Source: Deltaproteobacteria bacterium (GTDB lineage Bacteria > Myxococcota_A > UBA9160 > SMWR01). Taken from it: a stretch of DNA of 64,000 nt. Each line of letters begins with the position of its first letter. Position 1 is the stretch's first letter. The translations under genes were made by a program, and so were the position numbers. The notes beneath the pieces are model-generated. The model was not told the DNA's origin. It worked only from the letters and a program-made list of their open reading frames with translations, and made no database searches. The stretch spans positions 1 through 64,000 of the forward strand of contig JAQBHB010000031.1 of NCBI GenBank assembly GCA_032128115.1. The letters are read 5' to 3'. This document shows positions 1 to 10,405 of the stretch, piece by piece.

Positions 1-540
1 ATCCGGACCGACAACGGGGCTCCATTCGCTTCAACGGGAATCCACGGGCTGTGTGAACTCAATGTCTGGTGGATGAAACTCGGCATCGTTCATCAGAGAA
101 TCCGCCCTTCGAGTCCGCAACAGAACGGCCAACACGAGCGCATGCACAAAGACATGAAGCGAGAGGCGGCCATGCCACCCGCTGCAAATCTCGCCAAGCA
201 ACAACGGCAGCTGGATCTCTTCCAGCAGCGCTACAACTACGAACGACCGCATGAGGCACTCGATGGGGACTTCCCGGCCGAGCGATGGCAACCGTCCACG
301 AAAGTGTACTCAGGACGCCTCCGGCAACCCGAGTACCCCGGCCACTGCGAGGTCCGGAGGGTGAGCTCCTGCGGAACCTTCCGACTCTCCGGTCAATACT
401 TCCTGAGCAATGCGCTCGCGGGCGAGGACATCGGACTCGAGGAGGTCGGCGATGCGGTGTGGAACATCGGCTACTACAACACCGTCCTTGGACGGATCGA
501 TCTGCAAACCGGTAAGATCACCGGAAGCGAGAATGTGTAA
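1..540 (+). mobile_element. IS481-family transposase, 3' part (runs off the window start)
   Basis: Frame open from base 1: IRTDNGAPF...RIRPSSPQQNGQHERMH...YNYERPHEAL, the DDE integrase core typical of IS481; stop at 540. Confidence 0.9.
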
Positions 541-585
541 AGGATGTGCCTGGACTTCTGTAAAGGATGTGACCGGACCGTACCG
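535..585 (+). mobile_element. IS481 right end with repeated TGTAAAGGATGTG boxes
   Basis: TGTAAAGGATGTG at 536-548 and 559-571, at and just after the transposase stop. Confidence 0.75.
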
Positions 586-639
586 GAATTGACATAACGC
601 CCATACCCGGACGTTGAGCCAGAACGCAGATTGAATGCC

Positions 640-747
640 CTATTCCCCGGACCCTGCCTTCTCGGGATGAACATCGTCGAGGAGATCGCGAACTCGCTTG
701 CGGAGCTCGCCCTCGTCGATCTCGTTGATCTGGATCTGCTCGCTCAT
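640..747 (-). pseudogene. N-terminal stub of a gene (possibly acyl-CoA dehydrogenase) cut off near the IS
   Basis: MSEQIQINEIDEGELRKRVRDLLDDVHPEK resembles ACAD N-termini (ELR..VR..L); stops after 35 codons; follows the thiolase co-directionally. Confidence 0.4.
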
Positions 748-862
748 GGAAGGGGAGGCTCCTTCGCTGGATGGTGAGGTTTGACCCGGAATCGAAGCTA
801 CGGAGCGGAGAATGCGGCGCCAAGGTCCCAGCACCCGGGACCTTGGCGCCGCTGTGACGGTG

Positions 863-2068
863 CTAGGCCGAATTGCTTTCGAGGATGTGAACGCCACAGG
901 CGGATGCCAGTCCGATGACGTGTGCGAGACCGACCTTCGCGCCTTCGATCTGACGCGGGCCGGCTTCCCCTCGCAGGTGGTGGCAGACCTCCCATACGTT
1001 CGCGATGCCCGTCGCAGCGATCGGGTGCCCCTTCGACTGCAGGCCGCCGGAGACGTTCACCGGCGTCGTGCCGGTTCGCCAGGTGGCGCCTGACTTGAAG
1101 AAGTCGACTGCGTTGCCCTCCTCGCACAGCATGAGGTTGTCGTAGTGGACGAGTTCGGCGGTGGCGAAGCAATCGTGCAGCTCGACGAGGTCGAGGTCCT
1201 TCGGTCCGACGCCTGCCTGCTCATAGGCCTGCTTGGCGGCATTGCGGGTCAGGGTGTTGACGTTCGGAAGCACCTGGCAGGCCTCGTCGTAGGGGTCGCT
1301 CGTGAGCACCGACGCCGCGATCCTGACCGCGCGGCGCTGCTGCTCCTGGGACAGGGTCCTGAGCTTGGAGCCGCTCACGAGGACCGCCGCTGCCGCGCCG
1401 TCGCAGTTCGCCGAGCACATGGGTCGTGTGTTCGGGTAGGCGATCATGACGTCGCCCATGATCTGTTCGAGGCTCATCTCCTTGCTGTACGTGGCGAGCG
1501 GATTCAGGGTCGAGTGCGAGTGGTTCTTGCGAGAGATCTCGGCGAAGAGCTCGAAGTTCGCGCCGCCGTACTTGTAGCCGTACTCCATGCCGATCTGGGC
1601 GAAGACGCCCGGCATGATGTCCGTGCCGATTCGGCCGTCGACGCTCGCGACCGCTCCGTAGCGCCCCGAGCGCGCCCACGCCTTGCCGTCCGTCTTGCGC
1701 GAGCCGCCCGCGAGAAGGCCGGCTCCGGCGAGCTTTTCGACACCCACCGCGAGGCCGAAGTCGGATTCGCCGGCTTTGATCGACATTCCGACGACGCGCA
1801 ACGCAGTCGCACCGGTCGCGCACGCATTCGAAACGTTGTAGGCGGGGATGCCGGTTTGCCCGCAGGCCTTCTGGATCACCTGGGCAATGGGCATTGCGCC
1901 GCCCATCAGGTTGCCGGCGGCGATGATGTTCATGTCTTTCATCGTGACCCCGCCGTCGGCGAGTGCGGCGAGGGTGGCCTCGGTAGCGAGGTCGACCGTG
2001 TCGAGCTCCTTGTGTTTTCCGAACTTCGTCATCTTGATGCCGAGGATGTAGACGTCTTCCGAACTCAT
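863..2068 (-). CDS. SCP2-type thiolase / lipid-transfer protein family
   Basis: MSSEDVYILGIKMTKFG start; NACATG, ELHDCF and SKGHPIAATG motifs. Confidence 0.92.
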   Translation of the reverse strand: MSSEDVYILGIKMTKFGKHKELDTVDLATEATLAALADGGVTMKDMNIIAAGNLMGGAMPIAQVIQKACGQTGIPAYNVSNACATGATALRVVGMSIKAGESDFGLAVGVEKLAGAGLLAGGSRKTDGKAWARSGRYGAVASVDGRIGTDIMPGVFAQIGMEYGYKYGGANFELFAEISRKNHSHSTLNPLATYSKEMSLEQIMGDVMIAYPNTRPMCSANCDGAAAAVLVSGSKLRTLSQEQQRRAVRIAASVLTSDPYDEACQVLPNVNTLTRNAAKQAYEQAGVGPKDLDLVELHDCFATAELVHYDNLMLCEEGNAVDFFKSGATWRTGTTPVNVSGGLQSKGHPIAATGIANVWEVCHHLRGEAGPRQIEGAKVGLAHVIGLASACGVHILESNSA

Positions 2069-2151
2069 GGGGATTCTCCTGGATCGATTTGATCGATTGG
2101 TTGTGTGTGGGGCTCGCGTGGCGCCGCGGCGTTCGGGGTGAAGAGTCGACG

Positions 2152-2547
2152 TCAGGCTGCCGGTTCGAAACCGAAGTTGATGGCCTCGACGCCTTCGTCG
2201 TCCTTGCCAATCGGGAAGGTCGTGAGCTTGACCGGCATGCCGAGCTTCACGTGGTCTGGCGAAGGCTCGACGTTCACGAGGTTCGTTCGAACACTCGTGC
2301 CACCGCAGTCGACGATGGCCGAGACGAACGGCACGTCGATCCCGGGGGCTGCGAAGGCCACGATCGTGAAGGACCGCAGCTCGCCCTGGGTCGAGACGTC
2401 GGCCGACTTGAACTCGGTTCCCGAGCAGCCAGCGCAGGCGTTGCGACGATCGAAGAAGCGCGCACCGCAAGCCGTGCACTCGTTGGCGACGAGATGGGGG
2501 GAGTCGCCCAGGACCAGGTAGTCGACGAAGGGGATCTGTTCAGACAT
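2152..2547 (-). CDS. DUF35 Zn-ribbon/OB-fold protein (thiolase partner)
   Basis: CTACG...CAGC zinc ribbon plus OB-fold; directly upstream of the thiolase. Confidence 0.9.
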   Translation of the reverse strand: MSEQIPFVDYLVLGDSPHLVANECTACGARFFDRRNACAGCSGTEFKSADVSTQGELRSFTIVAFAAPGIDVPFVSAIVDCGGTSVRTNLVNVEPSPDHVKLGMPVKLTTFPIGKDDEGVEAINFGFEPAA

Positions 2548-2666
2548 TGGGGGGGTCCTTTCCAGAGTGATGGGCCATCGTCTCTCACTCGAACTCGATG
2601 GCGGCCAAATAGTGTCGCAGTTACAGGATGTTGTCCATCGACGTGGCCAGGGCGGACTGCCCGGGA

Positions 2667-3439
2667 TCAGTCCGATTCTTCGTCGGGCGCCTCGTCGGAC
2701 GTCGACTCGTCCGCCGCGCGGTACTGGTTTCCGAAGGTTTCGTCACGCCACTTCAGGGCCGACTTGAGCCCGTCTCGGTGCGACCGGACCATGAATTCGT
2801 CGTCGCCCCCGGTGGCCTGCTCGGTCGCCACCAGCATGTTCGCGCAGTGGTGCTTGACGGGACCGAAGGTGCCGATGGGACGGCCGAACTGCTGTCGCAC
2901 CTTCGCGTACTCGGTAGCCATCTCCGTGCAGGCCCGAGCGCCGCCCGCAGCAGGTTCGCCGGAGCGACCTCGACGGCGTCGCAGCGGATCGCGCAGAGCC
3001 GACGGCTGGGATCGAGGTTCTTCTGCGGCTCGACGGTCACGCCGGGTTGGTCCGCCTCCAGGAGCGCGACGTCCTCGCCCACGCAGACCACGAGAAGCTG
3101 GGCGAGCTCGGCACCGAGCACCAGCCCGTCCGATCCCCCCAGCTTTCCGCCTGTGTCGAGCTCGAGGTCCCCACCGAGCCCGACCGCCCCCAACACTGAG
3201 CCATCCGCCAGCCCGGGCAGGAAGGGACCGGGCGCCATCGCGAAGCCCTGGCCGCCCGGGGCCTCGTCGACGTGAAGCCCCAGCCATTCGAGCTCGGCCA
3301 TCTCCTTCCAGAAGCTTGCCAGCCGATCGCCCGGTTCTTCCAACAACGCTCGCGATTCCGCCCGCGCCTCGTGGGAGTCCAGGAAGGCACGGGCCATGCG
3401 GGCGAGCTCCTGATGCTCCTCACTGAGTGCGATCGACAT
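2667..3439 (-). pseudogene. acyl-CoA dehydrogenase pseudogene (internal deletions, frameshift, foreign tail)
   Basis: MSIALSEEHQEL...GGQGF...PGPFLP in one frame; YAKVRQQFGRPIGTF..VKH.CA.M in another; far too short for an ACAD. Confidence 0.85.
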
Positions 3440-3478
3440 GGGGTCCTCCCAGGCGTTGCAGGCGGATCCTGGGCCGGC

Positions 3479-3499
3479 AATACTATGATACTAGTTATT
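3479..3499. promoter_or_regulatory. AT-rich divergent promoter / candidate GntR operator
   Basis: AATACTATGATACTAGTTATT imperfect inverted repeat with TACTAT/TATGAT -10-like hexamers between divergent genes. Confidence 0.45.
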
Positions 3500-3538
3500 C
3501 AACCGTCAACCGGCGGGACTCGCGGAGGAGCCGACGGC

Positions 3539-4273
3539 ATGAGGGCAAAACTGACCCAGGAGCGCGCCGCCGTCCGCGTCGCCCGGAAGCTCGTGAGCGA
3601 AATCCGGCGCCTGCGCCTGCGACCGGGCGCGCAGCTCGACTCCGAGCATCGGATGGTGGAAGAGCTCGGAGTGGCACGCGCCACCGTCCGGGAGGCGCTC
3701 CGCTTCCTCGAGCTCCAGGGCGCGCTCCGGATCAAGGCCGGCCCCGGCGGCGGTCCCGTCGTGAGCGTTCCGGGCGCCGATCATCTCGCGAGCGTGCTCT
3801 CACTCCACCTGCAGTTCGCCGACGCCTCCTTCAACTCGGTCGTGGATGCGCGCCGTGCGATCTATCCGGTGCTGGCATTCCAGGCCGCGGAGAACGCGAG
3901 CCGCCAGGACGTCGCGACGTTGCAGGAGAGCATCGCCAGGATGCGCACCTGCGTTGACGATTCGGAGCTCTTCAAGGAGGAGGCGCGCCGCTTCATGAGT
4001 CTCATGGCCACGGCATCGGGCAATCAGGTCCTCGCGCTCCTGGTGGGCGCGCTGCACCGGATGTCGGAGGACGCGGCGGCCAAGTGGGACGAGAAGCAGA
4101 GGCGGTTGGCGCTGCGCAACTACGAGAAGGCGTTCCGGGCGATCGAGAGCGGAGAGCCGGAGGAAGCCCGGTCGATAATGGAGAAGTCGCTGGCTGCCGC
4201 TGCGCGCTACTGGGAGCAGACGGCTCCCGACGAGCTGAAGCAGCCGGTCGCCTGGATCGATTCCGATCATTGA
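3539..4273 (+). CDS. GntR/FadR-family transcriptional regulator
   Basis: wHTH LGVARATVREALRFLELQG plus FCD-like C-terminal domain; ATG 3539 after GGAGGAG. Confidence 0.9.
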   Translation: MRAKLTQERAAVRVARKLVSEIRRLRLRPGAQLDSEHRMVEELGVARATVREALRFLELQGALRIKAGPGGGPVVSVPGADHLASVLSLHLQFADASFNSVVDARRAIYPVLAFQAAENASRQDVATLQESIARMRTCVDDSELFKEEARRFMSLMATASGNQVLALLVGALHRMSEDAAAKWDEKQRRLALRNYEKAFRAIESGEPEEARSIMEKSLAAAARYWEQTAPDELKQPVAWIDSDH

Positions 4274-4292
4274 CCGCCCCTGGAGCCCCGGT

Positions 4293-5543
4293 ATGACTGC
4301 ATCGCAGCCGGCTGCGCCCATCGCGGGCCTCCGTCCGGGCGACATCGATCTGTCCAATCCCAAGACCTTCCTTCAGGGTGTTCCACACGAATACTTTCGC
4401 GTGCTGAGAGAGGAAGCCCCCGTCCACTGGCAAGAGGAATGCGAGATCCCCGCCTTCTTGCCGGGCCCCGGTTACTGGGCGCTCACACGCTACGAGGACA
4501 TCACTTTTGTTTCGAAGCACCCCGAGATCTTCTCCTCCGAAGTGGGGAGCTCCGCTCTCAACGAACTCCGTCCCCGGGAGTTCGCCATGGCCCGCTACCA
4601 GCTGATCCAGATGGATCCGCCTCGCCATACCGAGCTACGCAATTTGATGAACACGCAATTCAAGCCGCGCGCTATCCGTGATACCGAAGCGCATATGAGG
4701 AAGATCGTATGCGAGACGCTTGATGGACTGGAAGGACAATCCGAATGCGACTTCGTGGACGCGGTCTCGGCGCCCGTCTCGCTACGGGTGCTCACGAACT
4801 TTCTGGGCGTACCCGACGAGTACACGGGAAGATTCTACAGATGGACCAATACCATCATGCGTTTTGGCGAGCCGGGCGTCACCACCTTGCTCCGCGCTCG
4901 ATTCGCGTTGCTGCTGATCTTTCTCCAGTCGACCCTTTTGGCCCGAGCGCGCAGGAAGAAGCCCGCAGCCGACGTCTTCTCCAGTCTCGTCAATGGCGAA
5001 TTCGGGGGTGAACCTCTCACGCGCATGATGATCCAGGTCAACTTTTTCCTGCTCATCATCGCGGGCAACGAGACGACACGGAACGCGCTATCGGGCGGCA
5101 TCCAGGCCCTCTGTGAGCACCCCGAGCAGTTCGACAGACTGCGCCACGACCCATCTCTTCTGCCGCAGGCCATCGAGGAGATGCTGCGCTGGGTGTCGCC
5201 CGTCATGCAGTTCAGAAGAACGGCCACGTGTGACACGAAGATCGGCGATCAGGAGATCCGAAAGGGCGAGAAGGTCGTGATGTATTACGGTGCCGCGAAT
5301 CGAGACCCGAGGTTCTTCGACAACCCCGAAGTCTTCGACATCACCCGGAAGCCGACCCCCCATATCGCTTTCGGAACCGGCACCCACTTCTGCATGGGGA
5401 GCCACATCGCCAGACTCGAGATGCGCGTCACCCTCGAGGAATTCCTGCGACGATTCCCGAACGTGCGCCTCACGGGTCCACCCGAACGGCTGGAATCCAA
5501 TTTCATCAGTGGCATCAAGCGAATGCCGGTGAGGCTGAAATGA
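4293..5543 (+). CDS. cytochrome P450 (CYP125/124/142-like)
   Basis: AGNETT I-helix, EEMLR ExxR, FGTGTHFCMG haem motif. Confidence 0.95.
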   Translation: MTASQPAAPIAGLRPGDIDLSNPKTFLQGVPHEYFRVLREEAPVHWQEECEIPAFLPGPGYWALTRYEDITFVSKHPEIFSSEVGSSALNELRPREFAMARYQLIQMDPPRHTELRNLMNTQFKPRAIRDTEAHMRKIVCETLDGLEGQSECDFVDAVSAPVSLRVLTNFLGVPDEYTGRFYRWTNTIMRFGEPGVTTLLRARFALLLIFLQSTLLARARRKKPAADVFSSLVNGEFGGEPLTRMMIQVNFFLLIIAGNETTRNALSGGIQALCEHPEQFDRLRHDPSLLPQAIEEMLRWVSPVMQFRRTATCDTKIGDQEIRKGEKVVMYYGAANRDPRFFDNPEVFDITRKPTPHIAFGTGTHFCMGSHIARLEMRVTLEEFLRRFPNVRLTGPPERLESNFISGIKRMPVRLK

Positions 5544-6370
5544 CGGGATCGAGGCAAGCGGAGACCGAGGCTGCGCTTCTCTACGAGAAGCAGGGTGGAA
5601 TTGCGACGCTCACGTTGAACCGACCCGCCGCTCGCAATGCGCTGACCACCGCCCTGTTTCTCGACATGGAGCGCATGCTCATCGAGATCGGGACCGACGA
5701 TGAGGTGAGGGTCGTGGTCCTCACGGGAGTCGGCCACGGGTTCTCCGCGGGGGCGGACCTGAAGCCCGTGTCCAAAGAAGAGCGTCGCCGATCCCAGGCC
5801 TCGTCCTTTCCCGGGGATCCGGGCGGCGACATCCTCGATCGTGGCAACCGCTGCATCCTTCGCCTGCGGGGGCTTCCGAAGCCCGTTCTGGGCAGCATCA
5901 ACGGCGACGCGGTGGGCATCGGCTGCAGCCTGGCTCTGGCCACGGATCTGCGGATCGCCTCGGACACGGCGCGCTTTGGCGTCGTCTTCTCCCGCATCGG
6001 CCTCGGGCCGGACGGCGGCGCCTCCCACTTCCTGCGAAATCTGGTCGGCCCGGCGAAAGCGCTGGAACTCCTGTTCCTGGGGGATCTCATGGACGCGAGC
6101 GAGGCGCTGCGGCTCGGGCTCGTGAATCGGGTGGTCGGGGCGGACGAGCTGGCGGGCGCCACGTCCGAGCTGGCCGAGCGTCTCGCGCAGGGGCCGACCC
6201 TGGCCTACGGCTTCGCGAAGGCCGCCGTGTACCAGGGTGCGAACCTGCCCTTCGAGAGTCTTCTCGATCTCGAGGCCCGCAATCAGCAGATCGCGGGCCG
6301 CTCCCACGACGCCAGGGAGGGGGTCCGGGCATTCCTCGAACGGCGCAAGCCCGAGTTCCGCGGCCGCTAG
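5540..6370 (+). CDS. enoyl-CoA hydratase/isomerase
   Basis: LNRP..RNAL, FSAGADL, GIGCSLALATD, EGVRAFLERRKPEF; ATGA overlap with the P450. Confidence 0.93.
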   Translation: MTGSRQAETEAALLYEKQGGIATLTLNRPAARNALTTALFLDMERMLIEIGTDDEVRVVVLTGVGHGFSAGADLKPVSKEERRRSQASSFPGDPGGDILDRGNRCILRLRGLPKPVLGSINGDAVGIGCSLALATDLRIASDTARFGVVFSRIGLGPDGGASHFLRNLVGPAKALELLFLGDLMDASEALRLGLVNRVVGADELAGATSELAERLAQGPTLAYGFAKAAVYQGANLPFESLLDLEARNQQIAGRSHDAREGVRAFLERRKPEFRGR

Positions 6371-6393
6371 CGCCGCGCACGAAGGAGCTTCTC

Positions 6394-7578
6394 ATGGACC
6401 ACTTCGACGGCCTCCTCTTCGACTGCGACAACCACTACTACGAGGCCGAGGACGCCTTCATGCGGCATGTCCCCCGCAAGATGCAGAAGCGCTGCGTCCA
6501 ATGGGTGGAGATGGACGGCAAGCGGTATCACCTGGTCGCCGGCAAGCTCAACATGGCCGTGGGCAACCCGACGTTCAATCCAATTTCCAGGCCCGGCGTG
6601 CTGCGCGAGTACTACCGCGGCAACCCCGACGGAAGGACGTTCATCGAACTGACCCGTTCCGCGCTCGAACCGATGCCGCCCGAGTACATGGATCGCGACG
6701 CGCGTGTCGCCCGCATCGAGGAGCAGGGACTCGAAGGCATCTGGCTCTTTCCGACCGCGGGCGTCCTCTACGAGCAGGCGCTGTGTCACGACATCGAGGC
6801 CCTCTGCACGCTCACCGAGGGGTTCAATCGTTGGCTCGACGAGGATTGGGGCCTCACGTATCAGGGGAGGCTCTTCAGCGCTCCCTACATCACGCTGGCA
6901 GACGTGGACTGGGCGTGCCGGGAGCTCGAGTGGGCCCTCGAGCGCGACGCGCGGGTGCTGGTGATGCGGCCGTCCGCCGTCTGTACGCGCGACGGCTGGT
7001 TCTCGCCCGGAGACGAGCGTTTCGATCCATTCTGGGCGCGGGTGAACGAATCCGGCATCAGCGTGGTGGCCCACGTGGGGAGCAACGGGTACACCGCCAA
7101 CGGCTACGGGGGAAACTCGGCGCTCGCGGTGCTGGGCGGTGGGCGGAAGCCCTCCGTGGCGGGCCTGATCCCCGAGCGCGCGATCAACGATTTTCTGCTG
7201 ACCTTCGCCTACGACAAGATGTTCGAGCGCTTCCCGAACCTGCGCCTCGCTTCCGTCGAGAACGGATCGGCATTCCTGGCCGATCTCTTCGTCAAGCTCG
7301 AGCATTCCAAGCAGCGGATGCCCCACTATTACAAGGAAGACCCGGCCGAGCTCTTCTGTCAGCACGTGTGGATCAATCCCTTCTGGGAGGACAAGATCCC
7401 GGAGGTCATCGAGCACATGGGCGCCGACCAGGTCATCTACGGGTCGGACTGGCCCCACATGGAAGGCATGGAGCACCCGCGCGACATCTTCGAGGAAGTC
7501 GACGGCGTTTCTGTGGCCGACCAGGAGAAGATCCTCCACCGGAACACGGCTGCCCTCAGCGAACGGAGGCCCGCCTAG
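6394..7578 (+). CDS. amidohydrolase family protein (Amidohydro_2)
   Basis: DCDNHYYE metal motif; GSDWPHMEG near the C-terminus. Confidence 0.9.
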   Translation: MDHFDGLLFDCDNHYYEAEDAFMRHVPRKMQKRCVQWVEMDGKRYHLVAGKLNMAVGNPTFNPISRPGVLREYYRGNPDGRTFIELTRSALEPMPPEYMDRDARVARIEEQGLEGIWLFPTAGVLYEQALCHDIEALCTLTEGFNRWLDEDWGLTYQGRLFSAPYITLADVDWACRELEWALERDARVLVMRPSAVCTRDGWFSPGDERFDPFWARVNESGISVVAHVGSNGYTANGYGGNSALAVLGGGRKPSVAGLIPERAINDFLLTFAYDKMFERFPNLRLASVENGSAFLADLFVKLEHSKQRMPHYYKEDPAELFCQHVWINPFWEDKIPEVIEHMGADQVIYGSDWPHMEGMEHPRDIFEEVDGVSVADQEKILHRNTAALSERRPA

Positions 7579-7666
7579 CTGGGCGCGCCCCCCATGCGCG
7601 CCAGGCAGGAGGCTGATCTACTTGGCCCTGCTTGGAACTGGTGAGGGATGAAGGGAGAGGTCGAAG

Positions 7667-8443
7667 ATGGGATCTGGAACCAAGAGCCTTTTTGATCTGT
7701 CGGGCAAGGTGGCTGTCGTGACGGGGGGCAATCGTGGCATCGGGTTTGGGATGGCACGCGGCCTCGCACGTTCAGGAGCAGCTATCTCGCTGTGGGCGCG
7801 TGACGAAGCCCGAAATGAGGCAGCGGCCAAAGAGCTCGCAACATCGGGTGTCGAGGTTCAAACGGTCGGCTGTGACGTTTCAAGTGAGAGGGCCGTCGAA
7901 GAGGCCACTCAGGCGACCTTGCATCGCTTCGGCAGAGTCGACATCGGCATTGCAAATGCGGGTGTCGGGGCTGCCGCGGACTCGCTCAAGCTGAAGCTCG
8001 ACGAGTGGCATCGAATCTTGGCTGTCAATCTGGATGGTGTCTTCTTGACGCTGCGAGAATTGGGCAAACACATGGCTGGACGAGAGGGTGGGGGCAAGCT
8101 GATCGCAATTTCGTCGGTCTCGGCCCAGCACGGTACACCTCTTCAGCCCCACTATGCCGCCAGCAAGGGAGGCATCGAATCGATGGTGCGTTCTTTTGCG
8201 GTCCGCCTGGCGAAGTACGACATCCAGGTCAACGCGGTCGAGCCCGGCTGGATCGAGACGGAGGCGACTGCGACGGGTTTTGCCAATCAGAAGCTCAAAG
8301 ATGCGATCCTGCGCCGGACTCCAGCGCGCCGTCTTGGACAGCCGGAGGATATGGAAGGCATTGCGATCTACCTGGGATCGGATGCTTCGCGCTTTCACAC
8401 GGGCGACACGATTCGGGTAGACGGTGGCTACGCGATATTTTGA
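7667..8443 (+). CDS. short-chain dehydrogenase/reductase (KduD/FabG-like)
   Basis: TGGNRGIG, NAG, YAASK, VDGG. Confidence 0.93.
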   Translation: MGSGTKSLFDLSGKVAVVTGGNRGIGFGMARGLARSGAAISLWARDEARNEAAAKELATSGVEVQTVGCDVSSERAVEEATQATLHRFGRVDIGIANAGVGAAADSLKLKLDEWHRILAVNLDGVFLTLRELGKHMAGREGGGKLIAISSVSAQHGTPLQPHYAASKGGIESMVRSFAVRLAKYDIQVNAVEPGWIETEATATGFANQKLKDAILRRTPARRLGQPEDMEGIAIYLGSDASRFHTGDTIRVDGGYAIF

Positions 8444-8470
8444 CTTGAATAGAAATCTGGCTCGACTTTC

Positions 8471-9615
8471 GGCGTGGTGTGCCAAAAGTCGGCTGATCTA
8501 AAACGCCAGCAATTCCAGAATAGTGCAGGGTGGCGCGATCGTCGTTCTCAGCCCGGTGTTCGACACTCTGGCTGGCGTAAGCTGATGCGGATGAACACGC
8601 TGCATCTTCAGTTCCTGATCTTGATCATCGCCGGATGGGTCAATCGCAGCCAACAAGATGTCATCGAGTACCTGCAGGCGGAAAACAGGGCGCTCCGCGA
8701 GCAACTCGGCGATGGGCGCTTGTTCCTCACAGACGGACAGCGCCGTCGACTCGCAGAGAGGGCCAAGGCCATCGGCCGCAAAGGGCTCTTTGGGATCGAC
8801 ACGCTGGTGACACCAGACACGTTGCTTCGCTGGCACCGGCGGCAGATTGCCAAGAAGTACGATGGCAGCAGAGCTCGCAAGCCCGGCCGCCCGAGCACAG
8901 CAACCGAAATCGAAGAGCTCGTCATCCGGATGGCCCGCGACAACCGTCGTTGGGGCTATACCCGAATCCGCCCGATTTCGGAGAAGGGGGATGTCGTGGA
9001 AGACCTTCCTGAAGGCGCATCGGGAATGCCATCGCAGCAACGGATTTCTTCAGCGTCGAAGTGCTCACACGATGGGGCTTGATCCGCTACTTCGTGCTCT
9101 TCGTCATCGATCTCGAGACTCGGAGAGTCGAGATTGCAGGGATCACCCGGCAGCCGGACGGAGAATCGATGAAGCAGATCGCCCGCAATCTCACCGATAT
9201 CGATGATGGATTCCTGACTGGAGTCGGCTATCTCATCCATGATCGCGATCCGCTGTTCACGGAGGCGTTCGGGGGAGTTCTCGGATCGTCCGGTGTGAGG
9301 ACGGTGAAGCTTCCCGCTCGCAGTCCCAACCTGAACGCCTACGCGGAGCGATTCGTTCGCTCGATCAAGTCGGAGTGTCTGGCGCAGATCATCCCGCTGG
9401 GCGAGGGCCACCTGCGGACGGCCGTGAAGGCATACACCGAGCACTACCACGTCGAGCGGAATCATCAAGGGCTCGAGAACGAGCTGATCGAGGATCGATG
9501 TGGAGCGGCCGACATGAATGGCGATGTCAAACGGCATGAACGGTTGGGTGGGATCCTGAACTACTACTATCGGAGGGCCGCCTAGACGGTCGGTTGAGTT
9601 TTGGCACAGTACGGG
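8471..9615 (+). mobile_element. degenerate insertion sequence with integrase-core transposase pseudogene (about 8591-9585)
   Basis: [53 protein letters not shown] split over frames; imperfect terminal inverted repeats 8471-8490 and 9596-9615 (15/20). Confidence 0.85.
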
Positions 9616-9658
9616 CAGAGTGACTGACACCGGCGCCCCCGCCGGCCGCGGGTGGTGC

Positions 9659-10405
9659 CTAGCCCAGGCCCTGCGCAGAAAGCTGCTGGACGCCGGCGCA
9701 ATATTTCGAGAACCGACTCACCCGGAAGGGCAGGCGTGCCGTGATCGCCTCGGCGTCCGAGTCGTGTTCGCGGCGGTACTTCATCTCGATGATCAGGGAA
9801 GGATCCCGGATCACGACGCCGGCACGAGAGCCGATCGCTGGGGAGAAGAACTCCAGCTCGTGGTCGATCGTCATCCGAAAAGCACCGTCGGCCGAGAGCA
9901 GGTAGCTCCTGCGATAGCGGTTTCCGAGCGCGCACCGCATGCTCGCGACCCGGCTCGCGATGCCCACATGGATCCTCGCCTCTGAAAGCAACCCGCGTAT
10001 TCGCTTCTCGTCGATATCCGATCGTGTGTCGAGATCCGGTAGCTTGAATCGCAGTTTGCTCCCCACCAGGCCCGCCCTTTGCTTGATCTCGAACGTGGGT
10101 TTCGCAGAAGCCTGATTCAGGTCACCGTACCAGCGAATCCGGAATTTTGCGCGACGGGCAGAGCCGTCGATGTGGTCCCGGTAGCAGGACGCGTCCATCG
10201 TATCCAGGTAGATGTTGTTGACGTAGCGATCGGCAAAGGCCGTGCGGAACATCGCCGGATGCATTTTCAACAGCGCAGCCACCTGTCGCGCCGAGCACGT
10301 CTCCGGCGTGAACTTGCGCTCGTAACGCTGGTCCTCCGGAGTCGGAATCTCGAGCTCGGAGCCAGCCGTCGCGAAGTCGGTTTCAGAGAGGGGCCTGGAC
10401 TTCAC
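9659..10405 (-). CDS. VTC-domain (polyphosphate polymerase-like, CYTH/TTM) protein
   Basis: RYERKF, VNNIYLDT, KFRIRWYG, FEIK, YRRSY, RMTID, IIEMKY, FSKYC; probable GTG start overlapping the CotH stop (start uncertain). Confidence 0.88.
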   Translation of the reverse strand: MKSRPLSETDFATAGSELEIPTPEDQRYERKFTPETCSARQVAALLKMHPAMFRTAFADRYVNNIYLDTMDASCYRDHIDGSARRAKFRIRWYGDLNQASAKPTFEIKQRAGLVGSKLRFKLPDLDTRSDIDEKRIRGLLSEARIHVGIASRVASMRCALGNRYRRSYLLSADGAFRMTIDHELEFFSPAIGSRAGVVIRDPSLIIEMKYRREHDSDAEAITARLPFRVSRFSKYCAGVQQLSAQGLG

